Assembly (NCBI GenBank): GCA_948471115.1
Contig: CAOKRJ010000004.1
Coordinates: 1-58,185, forward strand
Length of the DNA: 58,185 bases
Direction: 5' to 3'
From: an uncultured Clostridium sp.
GTDB lineage: Bacteria; Bacillota; Clostridia; TANB77; CAG-508
This document shows positions 20,067 to 30,508 of the stretch, piece by piece. Within the stretch, counting starts at the first letter, position 1, and each line of letters starts with the position of its first letter. A program made the position numbers and the translations under genes. Below the pieces are notes generated by a model that searched no databases, had not been told where the DNA came from, and saw only the letters and a list, made by a program, of their open reading frames with translations.

Positions 20067-21875
20067 TCAGTCCTCTTCATCCAGCTTTAAAACCGATAGA
20101 AACGCTTCTTGTGGTACTTCGACGTTTCCTATTTGACGCATTTTCTTTTTTCCTCGTTTTTGCTTTTCAAGTAGTTTCTTTTTTCTTGTTATGTCTCCTC
20201 CATAGCATTTTGCTAATACATCTTTTCTCATTGCTGATATTGTTTCTCTTGCTATTATTTTTCCTCCTACTACTGCTTGAAGTGGTATTATAAATAATTG
20301 TCTAGGTATTACTGTTTTTAGTTTTTCTACCATCTTTCTTCCTCTATTATAAGCACTGTCTTTAAATACTATAAATGATAAAGCATCAACTGGTTCATTG
20401 TTTACATGTATGTCTAGTCTTACAAGTTCTGAACGTTTATATTCTTTGAATTCATAGTCAAAAGATGCATATCCCTTTGTTTTAGATTTTAGGTTATCAA
20501 AAAAGTCATATATTATTTCATTTAATGGCATATCATATATTAAAGTAACTCTGTTTTCATCTAAGTATTTCATATCTATATAAACTCCACGTCTGTCTTG
20601 ACATATTTGCATTAGATTTCCTACATATTCTTTAGGTGTATATATTTCTGCTTTTACTATTGGTTCTTCAATATAAGAGATTTCTTGCCCTGATGGTAAA
20701 TCTGTTGGATTATATAAGTCTAATATTGTACCATCTGTTTTGTGTACTTTATATATAACTGATGGTGCAGTAGTTATTAGCCCTAAGTCAAATTCTCTGT
20801 CTAGTCTTTCTTGTATTATTTCTAAGTGCAATAATCCCAAAAATCCACATCTAAACCCAAATCCTAATGCTGCTGAGGTTTCGGGTTCATATTGAAGGGC
20901 TGCATCGTTTAGTTTTAGTTTTTCAAGTGCTACTTTTAAGTTCTCATATTGGCTTCCATCCATTGGATATATTCCACAATATACCATAGGATTTACTTTT
21001 TTATATCCTGGTAATGCCTCTGTTGCTGGATTTGAATTAACTGTAATTGTGTCTCCAACATGTATATCTTCTAGATTTTTTATGCTTGCTGCAATATATC
21101 CAACTTCTCCTGCTTTTATTTCATTTGATTCTATATATGTTCCTGGTTCAAAATAACCTACCTCTGCTACTGTAAATACCTTGTTTGCTTTCATAAGTCT
21201 TATTTCGTCTCCTGGTTTTATTTTTCCTTCAAATACTCTTACATAAGCTATTGCTCCTTTATAATTATCATAATATGAATCAAATATTAAACATTTAGCT
21301 TGTGCATTTTCATCTCCTCCTGGTGCTGGAATGTCTTTTACAATTCTTTCTAATACCTCTTCAACATTTAATCCTGTTTTTGCTGAAATACATGGTGCTG
21401 TTTCTGCTTCAATTCCTATTATATCTTCTATTTCTTTTTTTACTTCGTCTGGTCTTGCATTTGGTAAATCTACTTTATTTATTACAGGTATTATTTCAAG
21501 ATTATTATCTATTGCTAGATAAACATTTGCTAAAGTTTGTGCTTCAACTCCCTGAGAAGCATCCACTACAAGTATTGCTCCATCACATGCTGCTAAACTC
21601 CTAGATACCTCATAATTGAAGTCAACATGTCCTGGTGTGTCTATTAAATTAAAAATATATTCTTCTCCATTTTTAGCTTTATATATCATTCTTACTGCTT
21701 GTGATTTTATAGTAATTCCACGCTCTTTTTCTAATTCCATATTATCTAATACTTGGCTTTCCATTTCACGTTTAGATAATACTCCTGTCATTTCTATTAT
21801 TCTATCTGATAATGTAGACTTTCCATGATCTATATGTGCAATTATACTAAAATTTCTAATATGATTTCTATCCAT
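20067..21875 (-). CDS. lepA: Elongation factor 4
   Basis: [50 protein letters not shown]. Confidence 0.98.
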   Translation of the reverse strand: MDRNHIRNFSIIAHIDHGKSTLSDRIIEMTGVLSKREMESQVLDNMELEKERGITIKSQAVRMIYKAKNGEEYIFNLIDTPGHVDFNYEVSRSLAACDGAILVVDASQGVEAQTLANVYLAIDNNLEIIPVINKVDLPNARPDEVKKEIEDIIGIEAETAPCISAKTGLNVEEVLERIVKDIPAPGGDENAQAKCLIFDSYYDNYKGAIAYVRVFEGKIKPGDEIRLMKANKVFTVAEVGYFEPGTYIESNEIKAGEVGYIAASIKNLEDIHVGDTITVNSNPATEALPGYKKVNPMVYCGIYPMDGSQYENLKVALEKLKLNDAALQYEPETSAALGFGFRCGFLGLLHLEIIQERLDREFDLGLITTAPSVIYKVHKTDGTILDLYNPTDLPSGQEISYIEEPIVKAEIYTPKEYVGNLMQICQDRRGVYIDMKYLDENRVTLIYDMPLNEIIYDFFDNLKSKTKGYASFDYEFKEYKRSELVRLDIHVNNEPVDALSFIVFKDSAYNRGRKMVEKLKTVIPRQLFIIPLQAVVGGKIIARETISAMRKDVLAKCYGGDITRKKKLLEKQKRGKKKMRQIGNVEVPQEAFLSVLKLDEED

Positions 21876-21951
21876 TGTTTTCCCTTCTCATTTTATTTTT
21901 TTATATTTTAGCATATAAGTTTTTTATTTTCAATGCTTTATATATCATCTA

Positions 21952-23909
21952 CTATTTAATTTCGCTTAACTCCTTTATTTTATCTCTTAAAATGGCTGCT
22001 TCTTCAAATTCCATATTTTGTGCATGTTTTAACATTTCTTCTGTTAATTTATTTATTACATCTTCTATGCTTTCTTCTTCTTTTATTCCATATTCTGACT
22101 GAATATCTTCTATTATTATAGCTCTTATAGTGTCTCTTACACCTTTTCTAATAGTTTGTGGTGTTATATTATTTTTCTTATTATATTCTTCCTGTATTTT
22201 TCTACGCCTATTTGTCTCTTTAATTGCTTTTTCCATAGATTCTGTTAATTCGTCTGCATACATTATGACTTTTCCGTCTACATTTCTTGCTGCTCTACCT
22301 ATAGTTTGAACTAATGAACGTTCTGAGCGTAAAAATCCCTCTTTATCTGCATCTAGTATTGCAACTAATGATACTTCTGGAATGTCTAATCCTTCTCTTA
22401 AAAGATTTATTCCTACTAAAACGTCAAATTTTCCAATTCTTAAATCTCTTATTATTTCCATCCTTTCTAATGCTTTTATATCTGAATGCATATATCTTAC
22501 TCTTATATTTACCCCTGCTAAATAACTTGTTAAATCCTCAGCCATCTTTTTTGTAAGAGTTGTAACAAGTACCCTTTCATCTTTTTCTGTTCTCATTTTT
22601 ATTTGACCTATTAAATCATCTATCTGATTTTCTACTGGTCTTACTTCTATTTTTGGGTCTAATAGTCCTGTTGGTCTTATAATTTGCTCAACTACATTTT
22701 CCTTAGAATGTTCACTTTCATATTCTGCAGGTGTAGCTGATACAAATATTACTTGATTAATTCTATCTTCAAATTCATCAAATTTAAGTGGTCTATTATC
22801 TAATGCAGATGGTAATCTAAATCCATATTTTATTAGATTTTCTTTACGTGCTCTATCACCATTAAACATTCCTCTAACTTGTGGTATTGTTGCATGTGAT
22901 TCATCTACTAATAGCAAAAAGTCCTTTGGTAAATAATCAAATAATGTAAAAGGTGCTGAGCCTGGTACTCGTCCACTTATATGTCTTGAATAATTTTCTA
23001 TTCCTTGGCAGAAACCTGTTTCTCTCATCATCTCAATATCAAAATTTGTTCTTTCCTCAATTCTTTGTGCTTCTATTAGCTTATCATATTCTTTAAAGTA
23101 TTTTATTCTTTCTTTTAATTCTTCTTCTATATCAACTATTGCCTTATCTAACTTTCCTTTTTCTGTAACATAATGAGAGTTTGGAAATATCATAACATGA
23201 TTTCTTAACCCTACTGATTTACCAGTTAAAGGATTTATTTCATTTACTTTTTCAATTTCATCTCCCCAAAATTCAACTCTAATTGCACTCTCGCTTTGGT
23301 CAGAGGGATAAATTTCTAAGACATCTCCCTTTGCTCTAAAAGTACCTCTTTTAAAGTCAATCTCATTTCTGGTATACTGCATATTTATTAGCCTTTTCAT
23401 GATTTCATCTCTAGATTTTTCCATTCCTGGTCTTAATGATACTATCATATTTTCATAGTCAATAGGGTCTCCTAAACCATATATACAAGAAACTGAAGAT
23501 ACTATTATAACATCTTTTCTTTCAAAAAGTGCAGCAGTAGCAGAATGTCTTAATTTATCAAGTTCATCATTTATACTTGCGTCTTTTTCAATATAAGTAT
23601 CACTGGATGCAATATATGCTTCTGGTTGATAATAATCATAGTAAGATACAAAATATTCAACACTGTTCTCTGGAAAGAACTCTTTGAACTCACTGAACAG
23701 TTGTCCGAGCAAGTGTCTTATTATGTGCTAAAACGAGTGTTGGCTTTTGCACTTTTTGTATAATATTTGCCATTGTGAAAGTTTTTCCGAGAGCCTGTAA
23801 CCCCTAGAAGCGTCTGAAATTTCTTGCCTTCCATTATTCCTTTACTAAGATATTCTATTGCTTTTGGTTGGTCGCCTGTTGGCTTATATTCTGAGTGTAA
23901 TTTAAACAT
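21952..23909 (-). CDS. uvrB: Excinuclease ABC subunit B; needs two +1 frameshifts at CGG codons (23789-23787 and 23707-23705); 651 aa when joined
   Basis: [15 protein letters not shown]...LLGVTGS / [27 protein letters not shown] / [26 protein letters not shown]...DESH...[10 protein letters not shown]. Confidence 0.95.
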
Positions 23910-23920
23910 TTTTCCTCCTT

Positions 23921-24049
23921 TTTGTGACCTAAAAAATGGTTACTATCAACCACGAAAATTCGTGTAATTGTCGAAAAATTCGTGTAATTTGCATTTTTAA
24001 AATCCTAAATTATCTACATAAAATTCCTTTACACGAATTAGGTCACAAA
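23921..24049. repeat. Inverted and tandem repeat cluster upstream of uvrB
   Basis: TTTGTGACCTAA (23921) and TTAGGTCACAAA (24038) are inverted; AATTCGTGTAATT occurs twice in tandem; CACGAAAATTCGTG is palindromic; a third ATTAGGTCACAAA lies at 24811. Confidence 0.65.
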
Positions 24050-24087
24050 TTTATATTTTTAACTAAACAACATTAATAATTTTAGTA

Positions 24088-24700
24088 TTAGTATATTTCT
24101 ATTTCTCCTCTTAATGATGTTATCATTTTTTGTTGTATTTCTTTATAAGAATAGCCGTTACCTATTAGCCAAGCTAATTTTGTAACCATGCTTTCCATAC
24201 TCATATCCCAAGCAGGTATTGCTCCATATTTTAATGCTAATTGTCCGTGGCTCATTTATTTTCATACTTGCTACTCCATCTGGTGCTTGTGTTGTTATCA
24301 CAATTGGTGTTTGCTTTTTCTGTAAATATTCAAATGCTACTCTTAAATTTTTGTAGTTTTCGCTTTCTTTTGCAATATTAGGTTCTCCTGCTCCAGTTGC
24401 TCTTAATATAAATCCTTTACACCATTTTGGGCTAATATTTCAAAATAACTTGCTTTTAACCCGTGGGAATTCTGTCAAAGATACTATATTAGTATCAAAT
24501 TTACTTTTTACCATAAGTCCACTTTTCAATTTTGATTTATTACCTAAAAAGCTTAAATGTTTTTTTAATGCATGTTCATTATATACTATACTATTACCTA
24601 TATTTGCAATCTCTAATACTCTACCAAATGTTTTAAATGCATTATAGTCAAACTCTGTTTTCTTTTTTACTCTAGTTCCTGTTATTACCTTACTACTCAT
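24088..24700 (-). pseudogene. L-asparaginase C-terminal remnant with two CGG +1 sites and a separate 1-nt deletion
   Basis: VITGTRVKK...AF...EFP/GLKASYFEILAQNG..KGFILRATGAG...PIVITTQ...EP/GQLALKYGAIPAWDMSMESMVTKLAWL...MITSLRGEI; the catalytic N-terminus is missing. Confidence 0.8.
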
Positions 24701-24854
24701 TCTAAAATCATTCCTTTACAAACTTGCTAATTACTTAAATTCAAACCTAATAGCTGTTATTTTCTTTTATCATAACTTGTTTGTCTCATTCCTATCTTTT
24801 CTATTTTTACATTAGGTCACAAACTTTCTTTGCAACTATTTGCTATCAAACATT

Positions 24855-25094
24855 TTAGGATTTTTTTGTGACTTTTCTTTGTTCTTCTATTAACCATATA
24901 AAACAACTCAAATATAGTTTAACGTCTTTTTCTTCTTTTGCTTTTAATACTTGTGTAGACGTAATAATCATACCTTGTAATCCTTTGAAGCATTTTTCCA
25001 TATCTTTTTTTGTATATTCAGTTGGTAGTTTAAAAGATGACTCTCCTGCATTGTTGATTAAAACTTTTACATCATTCTTATAAATCTTCTTCAT
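24855..25094 (-). pseudogene. Short-chain dehydrogenase internal fragment
   Basis: VLINNAG motif with no Rossmann N-terminus and no YxxxK. Confidence 0.55.
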
Positions 25095-25281
25095 CTATTA
25101 AAGGAATTATATCTATTGCAGGTTCTTCATAAGGATGAACTTCTCTTAATCTCTTTAATACTCTTTTCACTATATTGACATCACATCTTGCTTCCAATTT
25201 TTCTTCTTGTACAAATTCTAATTTATTTTTTTCTCCAATGTATGGATTTGCATTATCAGAAGGTATAAAAGTTCCTAAACA
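25078..25281 (-). pseudogene. 5'-truncated YqfO/NIF3 PII-like domain remnant
   Basis: No start codon: CLGTFIPSDNANPYIGEKNKLEFVQEEKLE...LREVHPYEEPAIDI. Confidence 0.65.
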
Positions 25282-25283
25282 AT

Positions 25284-26360
25284 TTATAGATAAGGAAAGT
25301 TTATTTCTAATTGACGTATTATGTCATCTCTTAGAACGCAACGTTTATGTTGTGTTTTAAAAATTTCAAAGCATTGATTACAATTAATACAAATACTGTT
25401 TTCGTTATTTCTTAATTTTTCAATAAAATTCTCATCTGCTATAAATGGACGACTCATAGAAATAAAATCAATTCCTCTTTCTAAAGCATTATTCATCTGA
25501 TTTATATTTCTAAACCCTCCAACTAAGATTACGGGAACATTTACTTCATTTTTTACTTTTAGTGCATTATCTAAAAAATATGGAGTAGATTGATTTATCT
25601 TTTTAAAATTACTCCCACTTATTTCTATAGCATCTATTCCATCTCTTTTTAGCCATTTGCATACTTGAATTTGTTGATTAATAAATTCCTTATCTTCATC
25701 TTTTGAAACAGTATCAATTTTTGCAATAATTACAAAATTATCTTTAATAATTTTATTAACTTGCATTAATATCTCATGAATAATTCGATAACGATTATTC
25801 GCATTTCCACCATAATCATCTGTACGTTTATTATAAAATGGGTCTAAAAATTCACTCAATAAATATCCGTGAGCCATATGTAATTGTGCCCCATCAAATC
25901 CTACTTTTTGCAAAAGTTCAATCGTTCTCACATGATTTATTACGCATTGTTCAATATCTTCTTTTGATAAAGCTACAGTATCTCCCAATCCACTTGGTGT
26001 TTTAGCAATTTGTTCTTCCATCTTACTTCCATGATGACCAGAATATGAAATTTGGGCAATTATTTTTGAATCAAATTTATGTACTGTATCAGTTAATAAT
26101 TTTAATTTATATTCATTTCTACTATCATTAACACAGATATGAGTAACATCTGCTCTTTGATTTTTATCAATTGCCAAATGTGAAGTAATGATTAATCCTA
26201 TTCCACTTTTCGCTAAATTACTATAAACTTTAATATAGTCATCTGTTATGTAACCATCCAGTGTTCCTAAATGCTCATTCGTTGCAGAACGTATAATCCT
26301 ATTATTTAGTTCCATATTCTTTATATTTGCTTTTTGCCATATATCTATTTTATCATTCAT
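25284..26360 (-). CDS. NADH:flavin oxidoreductase (Old Yellow Enzyme family)
   Basis: NRIIRSAT, GFDGAQLHMAHGYLLSEFL, NKRTDDYGG, VGGFR, CINCNQC. Confidence 0.9.
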   Translation of the reverse strand: MNDKIDIWQKANIKNMELNNRIIRSATNEHLGTLDGYITDDYIKVYSNLAKSGIGLIITSHLAIDKNQRADVTHICVNDSRNEYKLKLLTDTVHKFDSKIIAQISYSGHHGSKMEEQIAKTPSGLGDTVALSKEDIEQCVINHVRTIELLQKVGFDGAQLHMAHGYLLSEFLDPFYNKRTDDYGGNANNRYRIIHEILMQVNKIIKDNFVIIAKIDTVSKDEDKEFINQQIQVCKWLKRDGIDAIEISGSNFKKINQSTPYFLDNALKVKNEVNVPVILVGGFRNINQMNNALERGIDFISMSRPFIADENFIEKLRNNENSICINCNQCFEIFKTQHKRCVLRDDIIRQLEINFPYL

Positions 26361-26465
26361 ACTTTATCCTTTCTCATTTATATTAGCATAACTTAGGTAT
26401 TTTTACAACTGAAAAACTTTTTAATTGTAGAGTTTCACTATATTTAGTCATTTCTTGTAAATTAT

Positions 26466-26757
26466 CTATATTTTAAATTTAAATATCTTTACAAATCTTT
26501 TGCCCTCTTCATACATCTCATTACCTTTAGGGATAGCTTTTGTTTCTATATACTTGCCTCCTGCTATTTCACATATTCTTGATGATGCTAAATTTTCTGG
26601 AACACAAGTAATAATAATAGCCTATAACTGTTCCATCTAACAAGCAAATGTCAAAATAATATGTCGGCAACCACTGTTTTTCAGGTTGCTCCTGACAAGT
26701 ATGATTTAATTTTAATAATATTTCATTGCCTTTTAAATCCTCACATTCATAAAACAT
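26466..26757 (-). pseudogene. GNAT acetyltransferase remnant with an internal deletion
   Basis: N-terminus ...LPTYYFDIC; C-terminus in another frame: IIITCVPENLASSRICEIAGGKYI. Confidence 0.6.
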
Positions 26758-26927
26758 ATTAATTTCCCCCTTTAACTTAATATTTTACTTCTGCGCAAAT
26801 TTTTTTATTAAATTTATTATAATTTCTCCTTTTTATTTTTTCGTATAATAAACAATTGGAAAACTACTGCAACATCTTCATTTAATACTTTAGAAATAAT
26901 AACCATAGTATTATAAATTGGTAATAA

Positions 26928-27401
26928 CTAATTTTCTAAAATATATTTTGTATTGTCTTTTCTAAATCCAAATTTTTCATATAATTTTATTGCATTAGGG
27001 TTAGATGCATCCAGTTCTATTTTTGAACACTCAATTTCGTTAAGAAAGCCTAGAACCATTTTCATTAACTCATTTTGAATACCTTTACGTCTATATTCCT
27101 CATTAGTGTATACACTTGTTATATATGCTTTCTTTCCATTAAGAAATGAGTCTGAAGGTACCATTTGATGAATAACTACTCCATTACAGGCAACAACTTT
27201 ATTCTTTTCATTTATTGCTACAAAAAAATAAATTGTTTTGTTTAACTCTTGTAATAGTATTTTCTTTATATTCTCTCTTGCTATATTTTCGTTTTTCATT
27301 ACTAAACCATCTCTATTATAGTTAAATAGAGTTTGTTTTATTTTTAAATCCACTAAATCATTTATACAATTTATATCTGCTTTTTTATATATTAAATTCA
27401 T
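26928..27401 (-). CDS. GNAT N-acetyltransferase
   Basis: VYTNEEYRRKGI, NAIKLYEKFGF. Confidence 0.85.
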   Translation of the reverse strand: MNLIYKKADINCINDLVDLKIKQTLFNYNRDGLVMKNENIARENIKKILLQELNKTIYFFVAINEKNKVVACNGVVIHQMVPSDSFLNGKKAYITSVYTNEEYRRKGIQNELMKMVLGFLNEIECSKIELDASNPNAIKLYEKFGFRKDNTKYILEN

Positions 27402-27444
27402 CTTAATAACCTTCTTTTTATATTTAGTACAATTATAATTTTCA

Positions 27445-28233
27445 TTATAGCTTTATATGTTTTTCAATAACTTCAATATTTTTTCCATCAAATTCAACTA
27501 TAAAATATACTCCATCTGGAACTCCATCATTATTTATATTTTCAGTCATTGAACCTAGTACATAATATGAAATTCCATCTTCTTTAATATGTTTTGTCCA
27601 ATGTTGATGTCCAGAGAATACTGCTAAAACATTCTTATTATTCTTTATAATTTCCTTTAATTCTTTTCTATTTCCTAATAATGCATCTTCTGGACAAGAT
27701 TCAAACCACCAATTACCTTTCATATCATCTTCTGCAACTCCAAAATGAGTACAAATAATAGTAGGTAAATTGTTTGCATTTAAATCTTCTTTTAACCAAT
27801 TTAAGTCTTCTTTAGAAATAAATTGAGTTTTAAAAATCCCACCAGATTCTGTTCCTATGTTATTATTTACATATGTTCCAAGAATTACTATATGCATACC
27901 ATCTATATCAAAAGAAAATGTGGAATGCTCATATCCCATTATTTGTTCAACTTCATTTCTAGAAGACATTGAACGCAAATCGTGATTTCCTATACAAGAA
28001 TAAAATTTTCCTTCAATATTTTTAAATTTATTCCAAATATAATTTAAATTGATAATATCTCTATCGTGGTCATTGAAATCTTCCACTAAATCTCCTAAAT
28101 TTAAAACTAAATCTGGCTTTATTTCGTTATTTATTTTTTCTATTAACTTTTGTAGTAATGGTTCTGCATATTCCATTAGTTTCCTTTCAATTATTGAACC
28201 ATTATTTATAGGTTTCTCTGGTGCATAATGCAA
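27445..28233 (-). CDS. Calcineurin-like metallophosphoesterase (start uncertain)
   Basis: In-frame upstream KIVIFSDLH, then GDLV, GNHD, GHQH; no clear ATG before the DxH motif. Confidence 0.8.
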   Translation of the reverse strand: MHYAPEKPINNGSIIERKLMEYAEPLLQKLIEKINNEIKPDLVLNLGDLVEDFNDHDRDIINLNYIWNKFKNIEGKFYSCIGNHDLRSMSSRNEVEQIMGYEHSTFSFDIDGMHIVILGTYVNNNIGTESGGIFKTQFISKEDLNWLKEDLNANNLPTIICTHFGVAEDDMKGNWWFESCPEDALLGNRKELKEIIKNNKNVLAVFSGHQHWTKHIKEDGISYYVLGSMTENINNDGVPDGVYFIVEFDGKNIEVIEKHIKL

Positions 28234-28339
28234 ATCTGAAAAAATTACAATTTTCTTCCTTTCTCACTTATTATTTAATACGTATAATAATATAGACATT
28301 TCTTATGCTTCCTTACGTAATATTCTAACATTTTCTATA

Positions 28340-28784
28340 TTAAACTAATCTTAAAAAATTCATAATCATCTCATTAAATGTATCAAATTCTTTTAAATGT
28401 TGCATTGTACCATTTATCATAATTACATACTTATTTGTATCTTTAATATATCCAATATAATCAATACTAGATTCCTAAAATGATATAATCTGTAATGTCA
28501 GTATTTTTATAGAATTTAGCATTAAATGTTACCAAATCTAAACTCGCATATCTTGGGTAATTTTTTTCTATCTCATCATTATAACAACAAAAAATACTAT
28601 ATCCGTCATATGAAAAGCCGTTAATTGTATGAAGAAATTCTATATAATCTTGTGGTAAATAACTACTAAAATTTTCCTTAAAATAATCTGACACTTTTTC
28701 TATAGTTTCAATTGAAAGACCTTTAGGTTGTAGTCTATTTTCTGACCATTTCATAATTTTTTCAAAAATTATTTTATCAAACAT
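28340..28784 (-). pseudogene. SMI1/KNR4 (SUKH, YrhA-like) protein, frameshifted
   Basis: LPQDYIEFLHTINGF motif; continues in the +1 frame as ESSIDYIGY...FDTFNEMI after about 28472. Confidence 0.6.
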
Positions 28785-28800
28785 AAATTTAACCTTTCTT

Positions 28801-29311
28801 CTATCTTTTTAAATTATTAATTATATTATAGATTTCATCCCAAGTTTGTACTTTAATGATATTTCTTCCATTGCACTCTTCATTATATATACTCAAATGC
28901 AATAACTGGAATTATCTCAGATACAGAATTAATGTTTTGTGGCTCATCATATATTAAAATATCAATATTATTATCAATACAAAATTGTATTTATCTAGCA
29001 TTTGTTGTGTAACTTTATAAGACTCTTTTATTTTTGTTCTTGTTGTTATAATATAAATAGTATTTCCTTTTTCTTTTAATTTTTTTATTATAGTACTTGC
29101 ATTCTCCTTAGCTTTTACATCTTCAAATACTTTAGGATATATATATCCAGCTTTTCTTCTTCTGTCCATTCATACAAATTAGCAACTGCAAATCCTTTTC
29201 ATTCATTTGCAAATTTCTTTTTATGATATCATCATTATATTATTTACAATACTTTTTTAATATAGGCAAAGTATCTGTTATAGTATTATCAACATCAATT
29301 CCAATTCTCAT
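28801..29311 (-). pseudogene. HAD/NT5C-type 5'-nucleotidase remnant
   Basis: MRIGIDVDNTITDT followed by stops and frameshifts; IYIITTR; terminal VQTWDEIY. Confidence 0.65.
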
Positions 29312-29369
29312 TTATTACTAATCTCACTTTCAACACTATTTCATTTTTACTTATATATTTTTATTTGAA

Positions 29370-29807
29370 TTATAGTTCTAATTCCATAGCAACGTGAACT
29401 ACACCTTCCTCCAAAAAGTCATCAGATTTAACTTTAAATCCAAATTTCTCATAAAACCCAACTGCGTGTTTTTGTGCATTCATACATATTTTTTCACATT
29501 TCATTTTATCTTTTATAACTTTTATAGTTTATTCTAATAAGTCCCTACCTATACCATTTCCGTGTTTTAAAGTTAACACTCTACCTAATTTTACAATATC
29601 TTTATTGTCATCTGTATAAAATGCCCTTAAATATGCTACAACCTTATTATCATCTATAAAAAAACAATGAAGACTTTTATAATCAATATCATCCATATCT
29701 TGATAATTTATATTTTGTTCCATAATAAAAATCTCTGCTCTTGCTTTTAATATTTCATACAATTCATTAGTTGTTAATTCATTAAATTCTTTAGCTATTA
29801 AATCCAT
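29370..29807 (-). pseudogene. ElaA-like GNAT with a premature in-frame TAA
   Basis: ELYEILKARAEIFIMEQ..YQDMD..GRV..GIGRDLLE*; the same frame continues MNAQKHAVGFYEKFGF..FLEEGVVHVAM. Confidence 0.75.
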
Positions 29808-29915
29808 ACTTATATCTCTCCTTGTACATACTATTTCATAATTGGATTATAGCATATTTTTTTACTAATTCAAATATTTTTGTCGAATTATAATTCAAAA
29901 AGTATGCTAGTTTCT

Positions 29916-30485
29916 CTATTCTATAAAACTAACATAATCAATATGATAAATTTTGTTTATCAATTTTCTTAAAATTAGTTTATTGGTCATTTGTGTAAAT
30001 AGATTTTTCAATACTTTCTCATTTATTACATATTCCTTATCTGAGCATAAAACCTCATATTCTACTCCAATATCTTCTGTAAATTTATTAGTTGAATAAA
30101 ATCCATTTCTTAAATAGAAATCTTTTCTTCTATTCTTTAAATCTTGTATATTCTTATCTGGTCTTTCAACGCACAATATTACTTTTTTATCTGAATACAT
30201 CTGCAATAAATCGCTTAATATTTTTGCGCCATATCCGTTTCCTCTAAAATTTTTATTTACTGCTAAATAAAATAAAAAAATTGTGTCTTCATATCTTAAT
30301 AAATATGATAATCCTACAAATTTTTCTTTGTCATATATTCCATAAAACTCAATATTTTGATTTTTAGCACATTTCTTTATAATACAAAAAGGGTATCTTT
30401 CTTCTTTAGGAAATGTCTCTATATACAATTCTTTTATTTCTTTCCTATTTTTAGTTTCAAAAAAGTTTGACCATTTTAAATTCAT
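29916..30485 (-). CDS. GNAT N-acetyltransferase
   Basis: YLAVNKNFRGNGYGAKIL, RKDFYLRNGF. Confidence 0.85.
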   Translation of the reverse strand: MNLKWSNFFETKNRKEIKELYIETFPKEERYPFCIIKKCAKNQNIEFYGIYDKEKFVGLSYLLRYEDTIFLFYLAVNKNFRGNGYGAKILSDLLQMYSDKKVILCVERPDKNIQDLKNRRKDFYLRNGFYSTNKFTEDIGVEYEVLCSDKEYVINEKVLKNLFTQMTNKLILRKLINKIYHIDYVSFIE

Positions 30486-30508
30486 ATATATAATTGTACT
30501 CCTTATAT

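Noticed and set aside
23969-23975. Spo0A boxes (TGTCGAA here, at 29881, and reversed at 45705)
   Set aside because: A 7-mer that also occurs inside pglZ; it cannot be told from chance without genome-wide statistics
28467-28478. Frame break in the SUKH-like gene as another programmed +1 site
   Set aside because: No CGG is present; it is better explained by a 2-nt deletion in a pseudogene
29529-29531. Stop-codon reassignment or readthrough (in-frame TAA in the ElaA-like gene)
   Set aside because: TAA, TAG and TGA all end intact genes in this window; this is an isolated nonsense change in a decaying region
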